From: Eledone cirrhosa
Lineage: Eukaryota
Length of the DNA: 64,000 nt
Reading direction: 5' to 3'
Assembly: GCA_964016885.1 (NCBI GenBank)
Contig: OZ024744.1
Span: forward strand, 81,406,001-81,470,000
A program made the position numbers and the translations under genes. The notes beneath the pieces are model-generated. The model worked only from the letters and a program-made list of their open reading frames with translations, was not told the origin of the DNA and did no database searches. Shown piece after piece: positions 37,530-50,897 of this stretch (position 1 is its first letter; each line of letters opens with the position of its first letter).

Positions 37530-38585
37530 AAATCCGAAGGGGGCTCGATAAGGATTATATATATATATATGAAATATATATCATGCTAGCGTGGAAAATG
37601 GACGTTAAACGAAGATGATGATGATATAAATATAAAAACCCGTAGAGCAAATATTTATTATAAGAACAGATTAAAGTTTAAGCAAAGAATTGTTACTAGA
37701 ACAGATGGTCTTTTGTTTCCATTATACGATCTAGCTTTAGCTAAAAGCTCCCAGTGTAACCTATATCAGATGTAGTTATCTTTTAGACTCCAGATATAGG
37801 CCGAAAGTGACGTTATGTTCCTTCTTTAAGGGTTATGAAAAGAATGGGTGTCCATTCACTGTTTGAATCTATTAGCAGTTAACCCTACTAGACATGGGTG
37901 TGTCAACCTTACATTTGTAGACTATATTACTGGATAGGCATTTGCCAGATAGAGGGCAATCTTCCCGATTCCTATAATTACAGCTAGGACTAACTACTGG
38001 ATTGTTTGTGTTACTACGGCTAGTAATTTGGCTACATTAGATGCAGTGATGCTATGTGCGAAGTTTGGAGTTGTTGAGTAAGATACTTTAACAGTGTTTC
38101 TATTAAATATTTTATTATATTTGTGTGCTAAGGGGAAATGCTTCTTAACCCTTTAGCATTCACATTACTCTATATACTATTATATTTTCACAACAAACAC
38201 TTTATCTCACATAATTATCTCACATAATATTGCATCTATGAGATTTTGATATAATTTATTTTGAGAACAATACCTTAACATCAGTATAAGTGGCCAGATA
38301 AGCCAGTTTGAACAGAAAGAGGTGAGAGAGTTCTGGCCGGATATGGCCGGTTTAAATGCTAAAGGGTTAATTAAAGAGAGAAAAACTTTTGCTATATGGT
38401 GGGTTATACCATATAATATGTCGGGATCTATTTTTCCTAGGTTTATGTTCATACTTAGTATATTCTACCTTATCAGCAAATCCACTCTGAGCTAGAGCTT
38501 CATTGTAATATGTGGAATGATTGGTTAACATATGCTCATTTGCTGATAGACGAGAAAGCCTCAATGAAACGTTTTCACCAGGTTC
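37530..38585 (-). mobile_element. Decayed PLE 3' fragment with pLTR
   Basis: IIWYNPPYSK..KHFP..KIFNRNTVKVSYS..CPLSGKCLSSNIVYKC..YIWSLK. Confidence 0.85.
38149..38366. mobile_element. piggyBac-like TTAA MITE, family 1
   Basis: TTAA-CCCTTTAGCATT...AATGCTAAAGGG-TTAA; removal restores PLE reading FLSLIKKHFP; further copies near 45340, 47595, 50527/56105, 56286, 58238 and 58788. Confidence 0.9.
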
Positions 38586-39190
38586 TTGGTAGTTGTCGTA
38601 CAAGGAAAAGGGCATCTGTGGTACTTTTACCTTACACAAACCCAAACTGCATTTTATCTAGATCAATTCGCTCTCTGATTAGTTGCGCTATAACTCTTTC
38701 TGTGACCTTCATGACCTGGTCAACGAACTTAATGCCTCTATAGTTTCCCCTATCTAGAGCATCCCCTTTACTCTTGTAACAGTTAATGATGATGCTGCTA
38801 CGCCAGTCATTTGGTATGACCCCATTCTGAATTACTTGGTTTACTATCCAGGTGACCATAGTATGTCCCACCATTCCAGATGCTTTCAACATCTCAGCAA
38901 CTATCTCCAAAGGCCCAGCTGCCTTGACTGTCTTCATATCTTTGATTGCCTTACTTATTATACTACCTTCACCTTGCACTGCTGTTCCCTCTATTGGATC
39001 GATTTGGGGCAGACTATCTTTTTCCCATTTATTCTCCTCATTTAGTAGTCTTGCATAGGGACACTTTCAAGCTACCTTCTTATCAGTATCAGTGAGGGCA
39101 AGTATACCATTATCATTACGGACACACTTCTCCCCAACAATATCACGGTTTTCCTTGACACATTGTCTAGCAATCCTGAACACCTCATTT
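38570..39190 (-). pseudogene. Internal RTE fragment
   Basis: KDMKTVKAAGP..NYRGIK..MQFGF. Confidence 0.85.
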
Positions 39191-39770
39191 ATCTAAAACC
39201 TTCTGACATAATTTTATGTAATATCCTTTCTTAAGTTATGTTCCAAACACCAGCTCATATTAAAAGAATTAAATCCATCCAAATTCTTTATTATTTAATA
39301 TTCCCCAATTTTTTTGGATTAACCATCCATTATTGGGGTTGGGGGCTTTGGAGTAAACCATGATTTCCTTCCTGGTGGTGTTATTTTTGGAGTGTTTATA
39401 TTTATCTAAAAACCTTCTGACATAATTCTATGTAATATCTTAAGTTATGTTCCAAACACCAGCTCATATTAAAAAAAATTAAACCCATCAAAATTCTTGA
39501 TTATTTTTTTAATTATTTGAAAACCATAAGTGGTGTTTTTCAATAGGAATATGGTCAAGAAATAGATTAATGTGTTTATATTTATCTAAAAAAAAATCTC
39601 CCATCATAAATTTATGTCAAAACCTTTGTTAAGTTATGTTCCAAACACCTGTTTGATAATGAGAAACTTAGTTATATTACTAAATACTTCTAAATTCTTG
39701 ATTATTTTCAAAGTTATTTGAAAATAATAGGCTGCATCTTTTATTAGAAATATGGTAATGAACGGTTAAT
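39188..39770 (-). repeat. Three tandem partial copies of a TTAA-MITE-like unit
   Basis: TTTATCTAAAA..TTAAGTTATGTTCCAAACACC repeated at ~39188, 39401 and 39580; related to 48397-48620. Confidence 0.65.
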
Positions 39771-40073
39771 TTCTCTAGTTGAAAGTTAGTTCTAGAGGGG
39801 TTTGAATTTTGGGTTGGAAGGAATGGGTGAAGTATTTATTTACTATAGAGACTGGAGGCTGTGATACAGCAAGGATAATGAGAGAAGAAAAGGCAGGTGA
39901 ATCATGTTGAGTTAGGTCCATATTCACATGTCAGATACAACCAAAAGCTTTAAACATGTGTCTCCTACTGTAGCCACAGATTAATCAATACATTTTGAGT
40001 GAAATTTGATAGACAGAAACTGTATGGAAGCCTACTGTGTATATGTGTGTGTGTATGTGTGTCTGTATGGTAT

Positions 40074-40390
40074 TGAATTGGCAGAGTTGTTAGAACATTG
40101 GATAGAATGCTTTATGGTATTTGTTCTGGTTCTCTGCTCTCTGAGTTCAAATCCCAACTAGGTCAACTTTGCCTTTCATCTTTTCAAGGTCGATAAAAAA
40201 AAAAGTACAAGTCTAGTACTGGGGTCAATTCTTCCTCTAAATCTCTTTCTCATTTCCTCTCTCTCACTTTCTATCTTTCTCTGGAAGAAATATGCTGTAC
40301 TCTGGCCTGGAGATGAATGGGCTCTGTCAGGCTTAAAAATGCCCAACACATTGCCCCTATGATTCTATCAGGAGTTATGGGACCATACAT
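40074..40390 (+). mobile_element. MetaSINE-like SINE
   Basis: TGGCAGAGTTG, GTTCAAATCC, GCCTTTCATC..GGTCGATAA. Confidence 0.8.
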
Positions 40391-40399
40391 ATATACATA

Positions 40400-41030
40400 A
40401 AATGCAGGCATAACAGACCAGATATTATGATATGGGACAGGGAGAAGAAAACATGCACAGTAGTGGAAATTAGCTGTCCAGCATATGCCAATATAATATC
40501 AAAGATTAGTGAAAAGGAGAATATTTATGCAGAACTAATGAGAAATCTGCAGATACTCCACCCTGATTACACCTTCAGATTTATGCCTGTGATTATTGGG
40601 GCACTGGGATATGTTAGTTACTGCCTCAATGCAAATCTTGAGAAGCTAGGTTTCACAGGAACAGAAAGAACACAACTAGTTAGGAAATTACAAGTACAAT
40701 CCGTTAGTGGAACAGTAAAAATATGTAAAACATTCCCAAAATGTTGCATCTAATAACTGCATATACATATGTACAGATACAAAGCATATATACACATGCA
40801 CACATACAACTCAAAACAACCACATCCACACATACAATAACATCCATATCTAGACATGCATACATACATAATCTACCTAGTTGATGTTGTGTAAATTCCA
40901 ATGAGACAGACTTGTGTCTATGTTAGAAACTGACTCTCTCTCTATTGGGAAAAAATTTGTGAAATTATAAAACCAGAAGAACATACATACATACATACAT
41001 ACATACATACATACATACATACATACATAC
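40400..41030 (+). pseudogene. RLE-type LINE (Dong/R4-like) 3' fragment
   Basis: HNRPDIMIWD..VEISCP..KENIY..PVIIGALG, followed by UTR and (CATA)n. Confidence 0.8.
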
Positions 41031-41159
41031 ATTATTAATAATAATAATAATAATAATAATAACAACAATAATAATAACGACAACAACAACAATAATAATA
41101 TACATATATATATACACACACACGCACACACATAAACATATCTATACACACACACACGA

Positions 41160-44100
41160 TAGCAACTAACAGCGCTGTGATCGAATGTGGCTTTTTAGCC
41201 CAGCCAATGATCTAAAATGTCTTGCACAGAGTCAGCAACCAAAACATTCACTGGGAATAGCCGGCTGTGGTTGGAGTTCATGTACTTTTGCATGTCGTTT
41301 GAGCCCTCTTGCTGATTTACATTCTCTACCACATGCTTGGCAAGTATGATGAGTAGCATCTCCAACAGCAGCCTGGTAGTCAACCACTGGTCTTACTTTA
41401 TGACTGCAAAGATGTCTTTCGAGTCCAGCTTTGCTTAGGCAGAGTCTCGCACAGACGCTGCATGTCAGCACCATAGGAGGACCCTTGCCGTCTGGAAGTG
41501 CAACAGCAATGCCCTTCCTCACATCCCGCTTTACTTTCTCGTATGCGATTCGAGATGCCTCAAAGGCAACTTTTCCCTCATATACAGTTTTTCTCCATTT
41601 ATTACGATCAGCAGCAACATTTTCCAATGTATCAGCAGAGATGTTAGCGTCTTTCAAAGAGGCTTTCAAGGAATCCTTATACCTCTTTTTTGGTTTATGT
41701 GGCGGTCGTTTTCCTTTAACTAACTCTCCATAAAAGAGTTGTTTTGGTATTCTAGAATCCTTCATCCTGTCAAGGTGACCACTCCAACGGAGTCATTGCT
41801 TAAGCACAAGAGCTTCTATACTGTCACATATAGAGCTTTCCAAAATCTCGACATCACTAATGTGGTCCCTCCAGTGAACGCCATGGATCCGTTTGAGGCA
41901 CATCTGATGGAAACGCTCCAATTGCTTAAGGTGGTGTCGATATGTGACCCAGGACTTGCAGGCATAAAGAAGACAAGAGAGCACACATACCCTGAACACC
42001 TTTACCTTTGTCCTCCTGCATATGTCTCGCCGACCCCAGAGTCGCCTTTCTAGCTTTCCGAAAACATCACTTGCTTTCCTAATCCTAAGTGAGATTTCAC
42101 TATCAAGGTTGCTGTATCGATTGACAGTGCTTCCCAGATAGACACACTGATCAACCACTCCAAGTCGTTTACCATACACATAGATATTTGGTTCACTGTA
42201 CTGCTTACCAGGGGCAGGTTGGTACATGACGACGGTTTTCTTGAGACTGACAGTCAATCCTAGGGCAGTGCAAGCATCAGAAAATGCATTAAAAATGTGC
42301 TGCATATCACTCTCTGTGTGCTACAAGATCGCAATCATATGCATACAAGAGTTCTCTTATGATTGATGTAAATACTTTTGTCTTTGCAGCAAAGCGCCTG
42401 ATGTTAAATATGCTGCCTGAGGTTCGATATCGGATGTAAACACCATGCTCGAAATTCCTGAATGCAATACAGAAAACCATTGCAAAGTATATGGCAAACA
42501 GAGTCGGTGCTGGAATATCCTCCTGTTTCATTCCATTTTTTACTGAGATAGGCTCTGACATGTTACCTCCGACATTAACCCAAGCCTTCATGTCGTCATG
42601 GAAAGACCTAACTAAAGCAAGGAACTTATCAGGGCAACCAAGTTTCTGGAGAACCTTCCATAATGCATTTCTGTTAACAGTATCGAAAGCTTTTGTCAGA
42701 TCGACAAAAACCTGATACAGATCCAAACCTTGTTCCATGCACTTCTCCTGGAGCTGTCTAGCTGAGAAGATCATATCAGTAGTGCCACGTCCAGCACAAA
42801 AACCAGATTGATTTTCAGGAAGAACACAATCTGCAATGTGTGTCAGCAGACGGTCCAGAAGCACCCTACATAAAACTTTCCCTATGACAGAAAGCAATGA
42901 TATACCTCTGTAGTTCCCACAATCATTCCTGTTACCCTTTCCCTTGTACAAGACCACCATTACTGCATCTCTCCAGTCCTCAGGTACGGATTCATTAGCC
43001 CATATCCTGCCAAAGAAAGAGTGAAGATGCTGCAGGAGTCTCTCACCACCATATTGTAGGAGCTCAGCATGTATGCCATCCATACCTGGAGACCTTCCAC
43101 TGTTCAGCTTCGAGATAGCCACTGCAACCTCCACAAGCATCGGAGATTCTGCGAGAGCTACTTTCACAGGACTTTCTGGAATGAGATTGAGGGAATCTTC
43201 ATTGATGACAGATGGCTGATTCAAAAGATCATCAAAGTGCTCTCGCCACCTTCGTAGAATTCCTTGTGAGTCACGAAGAAGTTCTTTGCCATCCTTGCTG
43301 CGAAGCGGTGTCACCAGAGAAGAAGACGGTCCATAAACTTCACGCAAGAGACTGTACAACAGCTTTGAGTTATTGGAATCTGACGCAGTTTGTATCTCAC
43401 CAGCCTTCTCACTCCACCACTGATCCTTCATCTGAGAAAGACTCCGCCTAACACGTGATTTTACATCCTTGAGTTCCTCATGCAACGTATTCCTCTCCTG
43501 AGGTTTTGCCATCAAGTAGCGTGACAGAGCACGCCTCTTATCAGCCAACAAGTCTTCTATATGTACATCATTCTCATTAAACCAGTCCTGATGTTTTCTC
43601 TGCACCAATCCCAGAACACGCCTGCCTACATCATAAACCGACTTTTTAAGGGTCGGCCAATCCTCACCAAGATCTGCAACCTGCATCTCTTCTTGCAATG
43701 TGCTCTTCACATTTTTATCCTTAAGATGAGCAGCATTCAATCTTTTGGGCAGGGCAACACCAGGAGCCCGGATTTTACGTTTAGTGATTAGTTTCACTTT
43801 TGCGCGTACCAGGCGGTGGTCCGTCCAGCTCTCAGCTCCACGAAGAGCACGAACACACTGCACATCCTGTCTGTCACGCATCCTGACTAGGACGGAGTCC
43901 AAAAGATGCCATTCCTTAGATGCAGGATGCATCCATGTGGTCTTGAATTTGTTCTTTTGTTGGAACATGGTGTTGGTAACACACAGATCCAGCTCCTCAC
44001 ACATCTGCAGCAGGAGCATACCATTGTTGTTACACTTTCCCACCCATGCCTTCCGATTACATTCCATGTGTCAAAATCCCTCCCCACTCTAGCATTAAAG

Positions 44101-44751
44101 TCACCAAGCACGATGACTTTGTCTGCCTGAGGGATATTTCTTAAATCACCTTTCAAGGCATGGTAAAAGGACACTTTTTCTTCATCGACAGAACTCATAG
44201 TTGGAGCATACACACTCACCAGGGTAGCATATCTTCCCTTGTCCAGCGGAATTCTCATGGACATAAGATGCTCACTAATCCCTACTGGGAATTCTTCTAA
44301 TTTATTCACAAGAACAGTCTTAACAGCAAAACCTACCCCAGCCTCTCTTCTGGTTCCTTCATCTCTTCCTTTCCAGAAGAATGTATATTCTCCACAAAAT
44401 TCTGTAAGATGACCATCTCCAGCTAACCTTGTCTCAGATAAAGCCACGATGTCAAGATCGTAACATCGAAGCTCCTTTGCAACAAAAGCGGTCCTTTGTT
44501 CAGGACGCTCCAAGGAATCCCTGTCAAGCAGCGTCCGTACATTACAGCAGCCAAGACTAAATGCCTTGTTTGGCTCTATTACAATGGCATGATGACGAGC
44601 GGGCCCAGGCTGTGATAACCTGGAGCCTCTGCCCTTATTGCCAATTATCTTTTTTGTTCCAGAACCTAAATTGCCAATTATCTCTTTTATATTGTTCTGG
44701 AACATCATTGAATTGGGGAAAAAAAAAAAAAATAATAATAATAATAGTAAC

Positions 44752-44783
<32 letters not shown>

Positions 44784-45088
44784 ACTATTAATAATTATTA
44801 ATTAGTGCAATTGTGCAATGCCTGTGTGTGACGAATATTTTTAAAGTGAGGAAAGACTGTGCACTGAGCCAATTCCACTCTCTGAGCGACAGTAGCTATA
44901 ACCCGAAAAGAAGAAAAGATCAACATCATCGGTAACTACTGAGCCGCAGGTTTTATGTCAGAGTTAACCCAATTTCCTGAGATGCCTTCTCCTAGAAGAA
45001 TGCCCTGACAAGGGCTAGGGGTTCTTCACTCCCAGTAGTTTAACTGCGCGATCGGGCATCCAGCCCGATTATTTCTATGTTCCTGCGC
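41160..45088 (-). mobile_element. Near full-length inactive RTE LINE (BovB/AviRTE-like) with C-terminal C2H2 fingers
   Basis: NVRTL, LSETR, GDFNARVG, TDH, DLTKAFD; YADD mutated to YAYD; frameshifts; probable 5' UTR at ~44800-45088. Confidence 0.9.
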
Positions 45089-45114
45089 AAAAAAAAAAGA
45101 AAAAAAAAACTCAC

Positions 45115-45145
<31 letters not shown>

Positions 45146-45579
45146 CATACATGTATGTCTGTATTTATGTTGGTGTTTCTTTATATATTCCATAATTTCA
45201 CATTTCAACAAATAGAGATTGATAAAATAAGTACCAGACTTTAAACAAAAATAATAAGTACTAGCTTCAATGTGAGGGCAAAATCCCATCAATGTGGTGC
45301 CCTCATATAGCCTCAGCTATGAATTAATTAAAGACTGACTTAACCATTTATCATTAAAACTGGCCATATACAGCCAGAATTATCTCACCCTTTCTGTTCA
45401 AACTGGCCATAACTGGCCACTCATACTACTGATGTTAAGGCATTGTTCCCAAAATAAATAATATCAAAATCTCATAGATTCGATATTATGTGAAATAATT
45501 AGGTGAGGTGAAACCTTGACTATGAAAATACAATAGTAAATATAGAGTATATGTAAATGCTAAAGGGTTAAATGCACCC

Positions 45580-46020
45580 AGTTCCCACTGCAAGTGCTCA
45601 TTTTAGTACTACAAGAAAAAGCATCCAGTCCACACTGTAAAGTGGTTGTTTTGGTGTTATGAGAAATAGTGCCCAGTTCACACTGTAAGGTGGTCATTTT
45701 GGGGCTACGAGAAAAAGTACCCAGTCCATATTGTAAAGTGGTTATATTGGTGACATGACAAAAAGTGCCCATACTGTAAAGTGGTCCTGTAGTGGTCATG
45801 ACAAAAAGTTTCCAGTCCACATTGTAGTGGTCATTTTGGTGCCATGATTGAAAGGCACCTAGTCCACACTGTAAATGTGGTTGGCATTGGGAACTGTAGA
45901 AACCAGAAACGGTTCTGTATGAGCAATACATAGTCATCTGACTTGACTTGTTTCACAATGGGACAACTCGTCTAACCCATGATAGCATGGAAAATGAACA
46001 TTAAAGGATGATGATGATGT
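45580..46020 (+). repeat. RTE 3' UTR with an expanded ~40-bp tandem unit
   Basis: AAAAAGCACCCAGTCCACACTGTAAAGTGGTC repeated about 7 times, then the normal UTR end. Confidence 0.75.
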
Positions 46021-47099
46021 ATCTGGATTAGAATAAATACATCATAAAAAGCTGTAAACATTGTTTCAGTAAGGATAAGGACCTTATAGAAGCCCTAACC
46101 CTTGCTTTTCTAGAAATGGCCTTAAAACGTTTGTTGTGTGCTATGCTGACAATTATATAATGTTATTGATTAGCAGGGAAAACAGATGTTAAATGAGGAA
46201 AATGATGATTATTGAAATATTGTCAGATTTGTGACTTTTATTATTGACTTTTATTATAATATAAAATTCTTCTTGGAGAGAAAAAGTTGTGTAAAATGTA
46301 CTAGAGCAATTCTTTTTTAGCCATTTTAATACAAACTCTAATAAAACTGGCTTTGGTTCTGTGAAACAAAATCTTCCATTTAGAAAAAAGATGTTCCTAT
46401 TTAAATTAAAAGTTTCCTACTCATGCTTGGGGATCCAGCCAGATCAGTTGGAGGTGGTTGCTTCTGACAGGACTCGCTGGAGTGAGTGTTTGAGGACTTT
46501 GCCCCATGACCCTCTCAGGAATAAGTGGACGATGAAAAGAAGAAGAAGAAGGGCTGGAATTAATGACAATTGCCCAGGGCCCACTGCAGTGGCGGGCCTC
46601 CACAAGTGACGGCCAATAGCTATTTATTTGTACCCTCAGCTGGGCTTTTTAGTTTTAGGATGGTTAGAATTTTTGAATTTAATACCTGTATGTATAACTT
46701 TTCAATTCCAATTACTTGAGGCAAGCTAACTTTGATATGTAAAATTGTGGGGTTTGTTGTGTGTTCTAGTTTTTTGTGTATGTGTGTCCCCTTCCCCAAA
46801 CCTAAAGTGCCCCACCCCCACCCCCACCAGGTCTAAATTTAACCCTGTCTCCTACATAATTTTATATAAAGGTTGAGGGGGACACTTCAGTTTTGTCAAG
46901 GTTACTACAACCTTTCTAGGGTCGGTGATGTGATAAAATGTATCCAGTACACTCTGAAAGGGAGTTAGTGATATGAAAGGCATCAAAACATCGAAAAATC
47001 AACAAACAAAAGGTAGAGAGGACTCTTCAGTTGTGTCAAAGAATATGATGACCTCCTTAGTGGTGGTGCCATGATAAAATGCATGGTACACTCTGGAGG

Positions 47100-47240
47100 A
47101 GGCACGTGGCTTAGTGGTTTGAGCATCGGCCTTGCAATCGAAAGGTTGTGAGTTCAATTCTCAGACCGGGTGATGTGTTCTTTCCTTGAGCAAGACACTT
47201 TATTTCACATTGCTCCAGTTTACTCAGCTGTAGAAATGAG
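47100..47240 (+). mobile_element. CORE-type tRNA SINE, 5' part
   Basis: GGCACGTGGCTTAGTGG, GTTCAATTC, CTTGAGCAAGACACTT. Confidence 0.8.
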
Positions 47241-48159
47241 ATGATAGGGACTGGGGTCCCTATCATTCCACTGCAAAGTGGTCGTGTAGGTGCCATGGAA
47301 AAAAAGCACCCAGCACTCACTGTAAATAAGGTTGGTGTTAGGAAGGGCATCCAGCTGTAGAAATGAAGCCAGAATCAGTTCCCGTCCCACCCTTGCAAGC
47401 AGGGAAAAGCAGACGTAAAATGAAATGATGAAATGAACTCTGTAGAGTGCAAGATTAGTAGCTCTGATTAAGTACTGACTTGGACTGACAACCTGTCCAA
47501 CTGTTGTTGTCGAGAAAAAGATGGACAATAAATGATGTTGACGGGGATGAGGATGATGATGATGATGATGAACTACATGTTAAGTTACTATTTTAACCCT
47601 TTACCATTTACATTACTCTACATATATACTATTATATTTTTGTGGCAAAGATGGTATCTCACATAATTATTTCATATAATATCAAATCTATGAGATTTTG
47701 ATATTATTTATTTTGAGAACAATACCTTAACATCAGTATGAGCAGCCAGTTACAGCTAGTTTGAACAGAAGGAGGTGAGAGAATTCTGGCTGGATACAGC
47801 CGGTTTATATGCTAAAGAGTTAATAATGGTTTCTGATTTAGAAGCAAGGCAAACAATTGTAGGGGAGGAGAAAGTCGGTTAAATTAACCTCGGTGTGCGT
47901 GATAACAATACTTTATTTTATCGACCCTGAAATGATGAAAGATAAAGCTAAACTTAACAAATAATGAAATAATTTATTTATTTTACTAAATTCCTCAAAA
48001 TTCTTCATTTATGAATTGAAATAGATGTTATTTAATTAGAAATACAATCACAAAAGTGTTAAGTCCAAACAAATAATTAATCCTTTAAACATTAATCTAT
48101 TGAAACTACCTCTATTAAAGTATTCAAATATAAATTCAAACCTTGGAATGAAATTACAA

Positions 48160-48340
48160 GGCAGTATTGGTAGAGGGTCGGACACAATGCTTTGCAGCAT
48201 AGAGTTACGGCCCTTTATGATCTGAGTTCAAATCCCGCCGTGGTTAACTTTGCCTTTCGTCCTTACGGGGTCGATGAAATAAAGTACCAGTAATACACTG
48301 GGATAATTACAGGCCTTGTGCCAAAAGTAGAAAAAAATTA
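48160..48340 (+). mobile_element. MetaSINE-like SINE
   Basis: A/B boxes and core. Confidence 0.85.
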
Positions 48341-48396
48341 TTATATGCTATTTAATATTAGATTTCAGTAGTTAAATATTTGTCTTTTATTATTAA

Positions 48397-48620
48397 CCCT
48401 TTTATGACCATATTTCTGATGAAATACACCGCTTATAATTTTCAAATCATTTTGAAAATGATAAAGAATTTCGAGAGATTTAGTATTATAATTCACTTTC
48501 TTATTATTAAGTTGGTGTTTGGAACATGACTTGACAACAGTTTTGATATAAACTCTTTAATGTAAACAGCTTAGTGTCAGAGAATCAGGGATGGTTCATG
48601 TTGTTATGCTATCAAAAGGG
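48397..48620. mobile_element. piggyBac-like TTAA MITE, family 2
   Basis: TTAA-CCCTTTT...AAAAGGG-TTAA. Confidence 0.7.
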
Positions 48621-49029
48621 TTAAGTTGAAAGTTAATTGTTTCACTAAACCTCTCATAATTTTTGATTACTTTGATTTAATTAAAACTCAACAAAACCAG
48701 ATTATTCTCGTTAGAAATGTGACCACAAAATGGTAAAGCAAATAAAGATCAAGAGAATTAGTGAGATTTTGTATTTATTTTCTTATCTTCTTTTATTTTT
48801 AGAAAAAGTTGTATGTGGATTAGAGATTTGACTAAATTAAAAATATATGTATATATGTATTTATTTTTTCTAAACAAGAGCCAAGATAAAGTTTTGAATG
48901 TCTTTATTCTTATATTGATCCGATAAAGAAATGGTGCTGACTATTCTAACAAGTTTTTTATACACTGGAGCTTTCTTTTTCTATTTCATACCTTGTCATG
49001 CCACTTAGCAAGTTTTGAGTTTCACTTAC

Positions 49030-49065
49030 TTTCTTCTTTATTTTTATCTTTCTTAAATATTTTAC
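49030..49065 (-). other. Candidate 36-nt micro-exon
   Basis: ctttcttatag|GTAAAA...GAAA|gtaagt splice signals in non-repeat DNA; splice signals are the only evidence. Confidence 0.3.
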
Positions 49066-49119
49066 CTATAAGAAAGTCTATATAAATATTTTTTTTAAAA
49101 ATCATTTCCTCAGCTAGGT

Positions 49120-49745
49120 ATATATGTGAATATATGTGGGAGCCCGGCTTAATTAACTATGATAAAATGTGAATATAATGTGGGAGCCTAGTTTAAATAA
49201 TTATGATAAAATGTGAAAATGTGTGAGCCCAGCTTAACTATGATAAAATGTGAATATATATGTGGGAGCATGGCTTAACTATGATATGTGAATATGTGTG
49301 TGGGAGCCTGGCTTAACTATGATAAAATGTGAATATGTGTTGGGGCCTGGCTTAACTAACTATGATAATATGTGAAAATGTGTGGGATCCCAGCTTAAGT
49401 AAGTATAATAAAATGTGAAAATGTGTGGGAGCCCAGCTTAACTGACTATGATAAAATGTGAATACCTATGTGGGAGTTTGGCTTAACTATAATAATAAAT
49501 GAAAATGTGTGGGAGCCCAACTTAACTAACTATGATAAAATGTTAATACCAATGTGGGAGCCTGGCTTAACTGTGATAAAATGTGAAAATGTGTGGGAGA
49601 CCAGCTTAACTCTGATATGTGATTTGTGAGGGAGTCCAGCTTAACTATGACAATATGTGAATATATGTGGGACCCTGGCTTAACTATAATAAAATGTGAA
49701 TATATGTGAGAGCCTGGCTTAACTATGGTAATATGTGAATATGTG
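49120..49745. repeat. Minisatellite, ~15 copies of a 35-45 bp unit
   Basis: GTGGGAGCCYRGCTTAACTATGATAAAATGTGAATAT. Confidence 0.95.
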
Positions 49746-50897
49746 TGTATGTGATAGGTAAATGTAAAAGCTGAAAGAATGCCAATCTTACATAATTAAT
49801 ATGGTCATCGGTGATCAATAATATAGTATCTAACATAAGCACAAGCTCAGCAATTGTTGGGTGAGGGAAAGTTGATTAAATAAACCCCAGTACTTTACTG
49901 ATATGTTATTTTATCAGTCTCCAAAAGGATGAAAGACAAAGTTAACTCTTTTGAAATGAAACTGCCTGAAACCAACTATAGTTCTACAATACAATGTTGT
50001 TATTTTTTTTAAACTGTTTATATTTCATCTAGAACAACTTCACATCATAATTTTGTGTAAGAACCTTAGTGAAGTTATGATGATGGTGGTGATGATGATG
50101 ATGGTGATGATATTGAAAAGATATGGAGAAGATGCTATACTCCTTAATATGCATCCATCTTTACACTCTTTACACTTCCCAAACTCTGATGATCTTTCAA
50201 TAACAATTATAAAACACTGCTATCGGAGTGGAGTTGGCCACCCCCAGGTGCAAGCCCCACGAGGTAGAGTAGCTGTTCCAGTACATCTCCCTCACCAATG
50301 TATTTCCCATCATGTCAGCCGGGACACAAAGGCAGAGGGTAAGTTAGTTGGAGATGGAGGATACTCGTTCAAACATCACTATCTCTTGATTTCTTTAAAA
50401 AAAAATCTTCAAAGGTCTCCATGTTTGTTTGATAATATATTCACAAATTACTCTAAAATTGAAACACTCTTTCCCTATAAAATATTTCCAAAAACTATCT
50501 CCTGAAAAAAGATTAGATCTCTTCTTTAACCCTTTAGCATTTTCATTACTCTATATACACTATTATATTTTCATGGTAAAGGCTTTAGCTCACATAATTA
50601 TCTCATACTAGCTGGCCCCTCCGGCTGGCGTCCGGCTAGGTATACCGGCAGTTTATCTTTTCAGGAATCCCCCCTCCATTCCAGTGCAAAGATATCGCAT
50701 GCCCTCTCAAGTCAGCGAGAGGGTTAACGTGCTCTGATGTTGGGTTTGAATAGTTTTTAGGATTCCCCAGTTCAGCAGCGAGTACGTTAAAGAAAATTGA
50801 TAGTTACAACAATAAAGGCTGAACAGAGAACAAATTTTTTAACAAACAATAATTTGTACAACCATAATGGAAATTCCAAGTAACAGAAAATATTTAA

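Noticed and set aside
47100-47175. tRNA gene
   Set aside because: A/B boxes continue into a SINE core; no full cloverleaf.
49120-49745. CRISPR-like array
   Set aside because: No unique spacers, the units are contiguous and degenerate, the context is eukaryotic and there are no cas genes.
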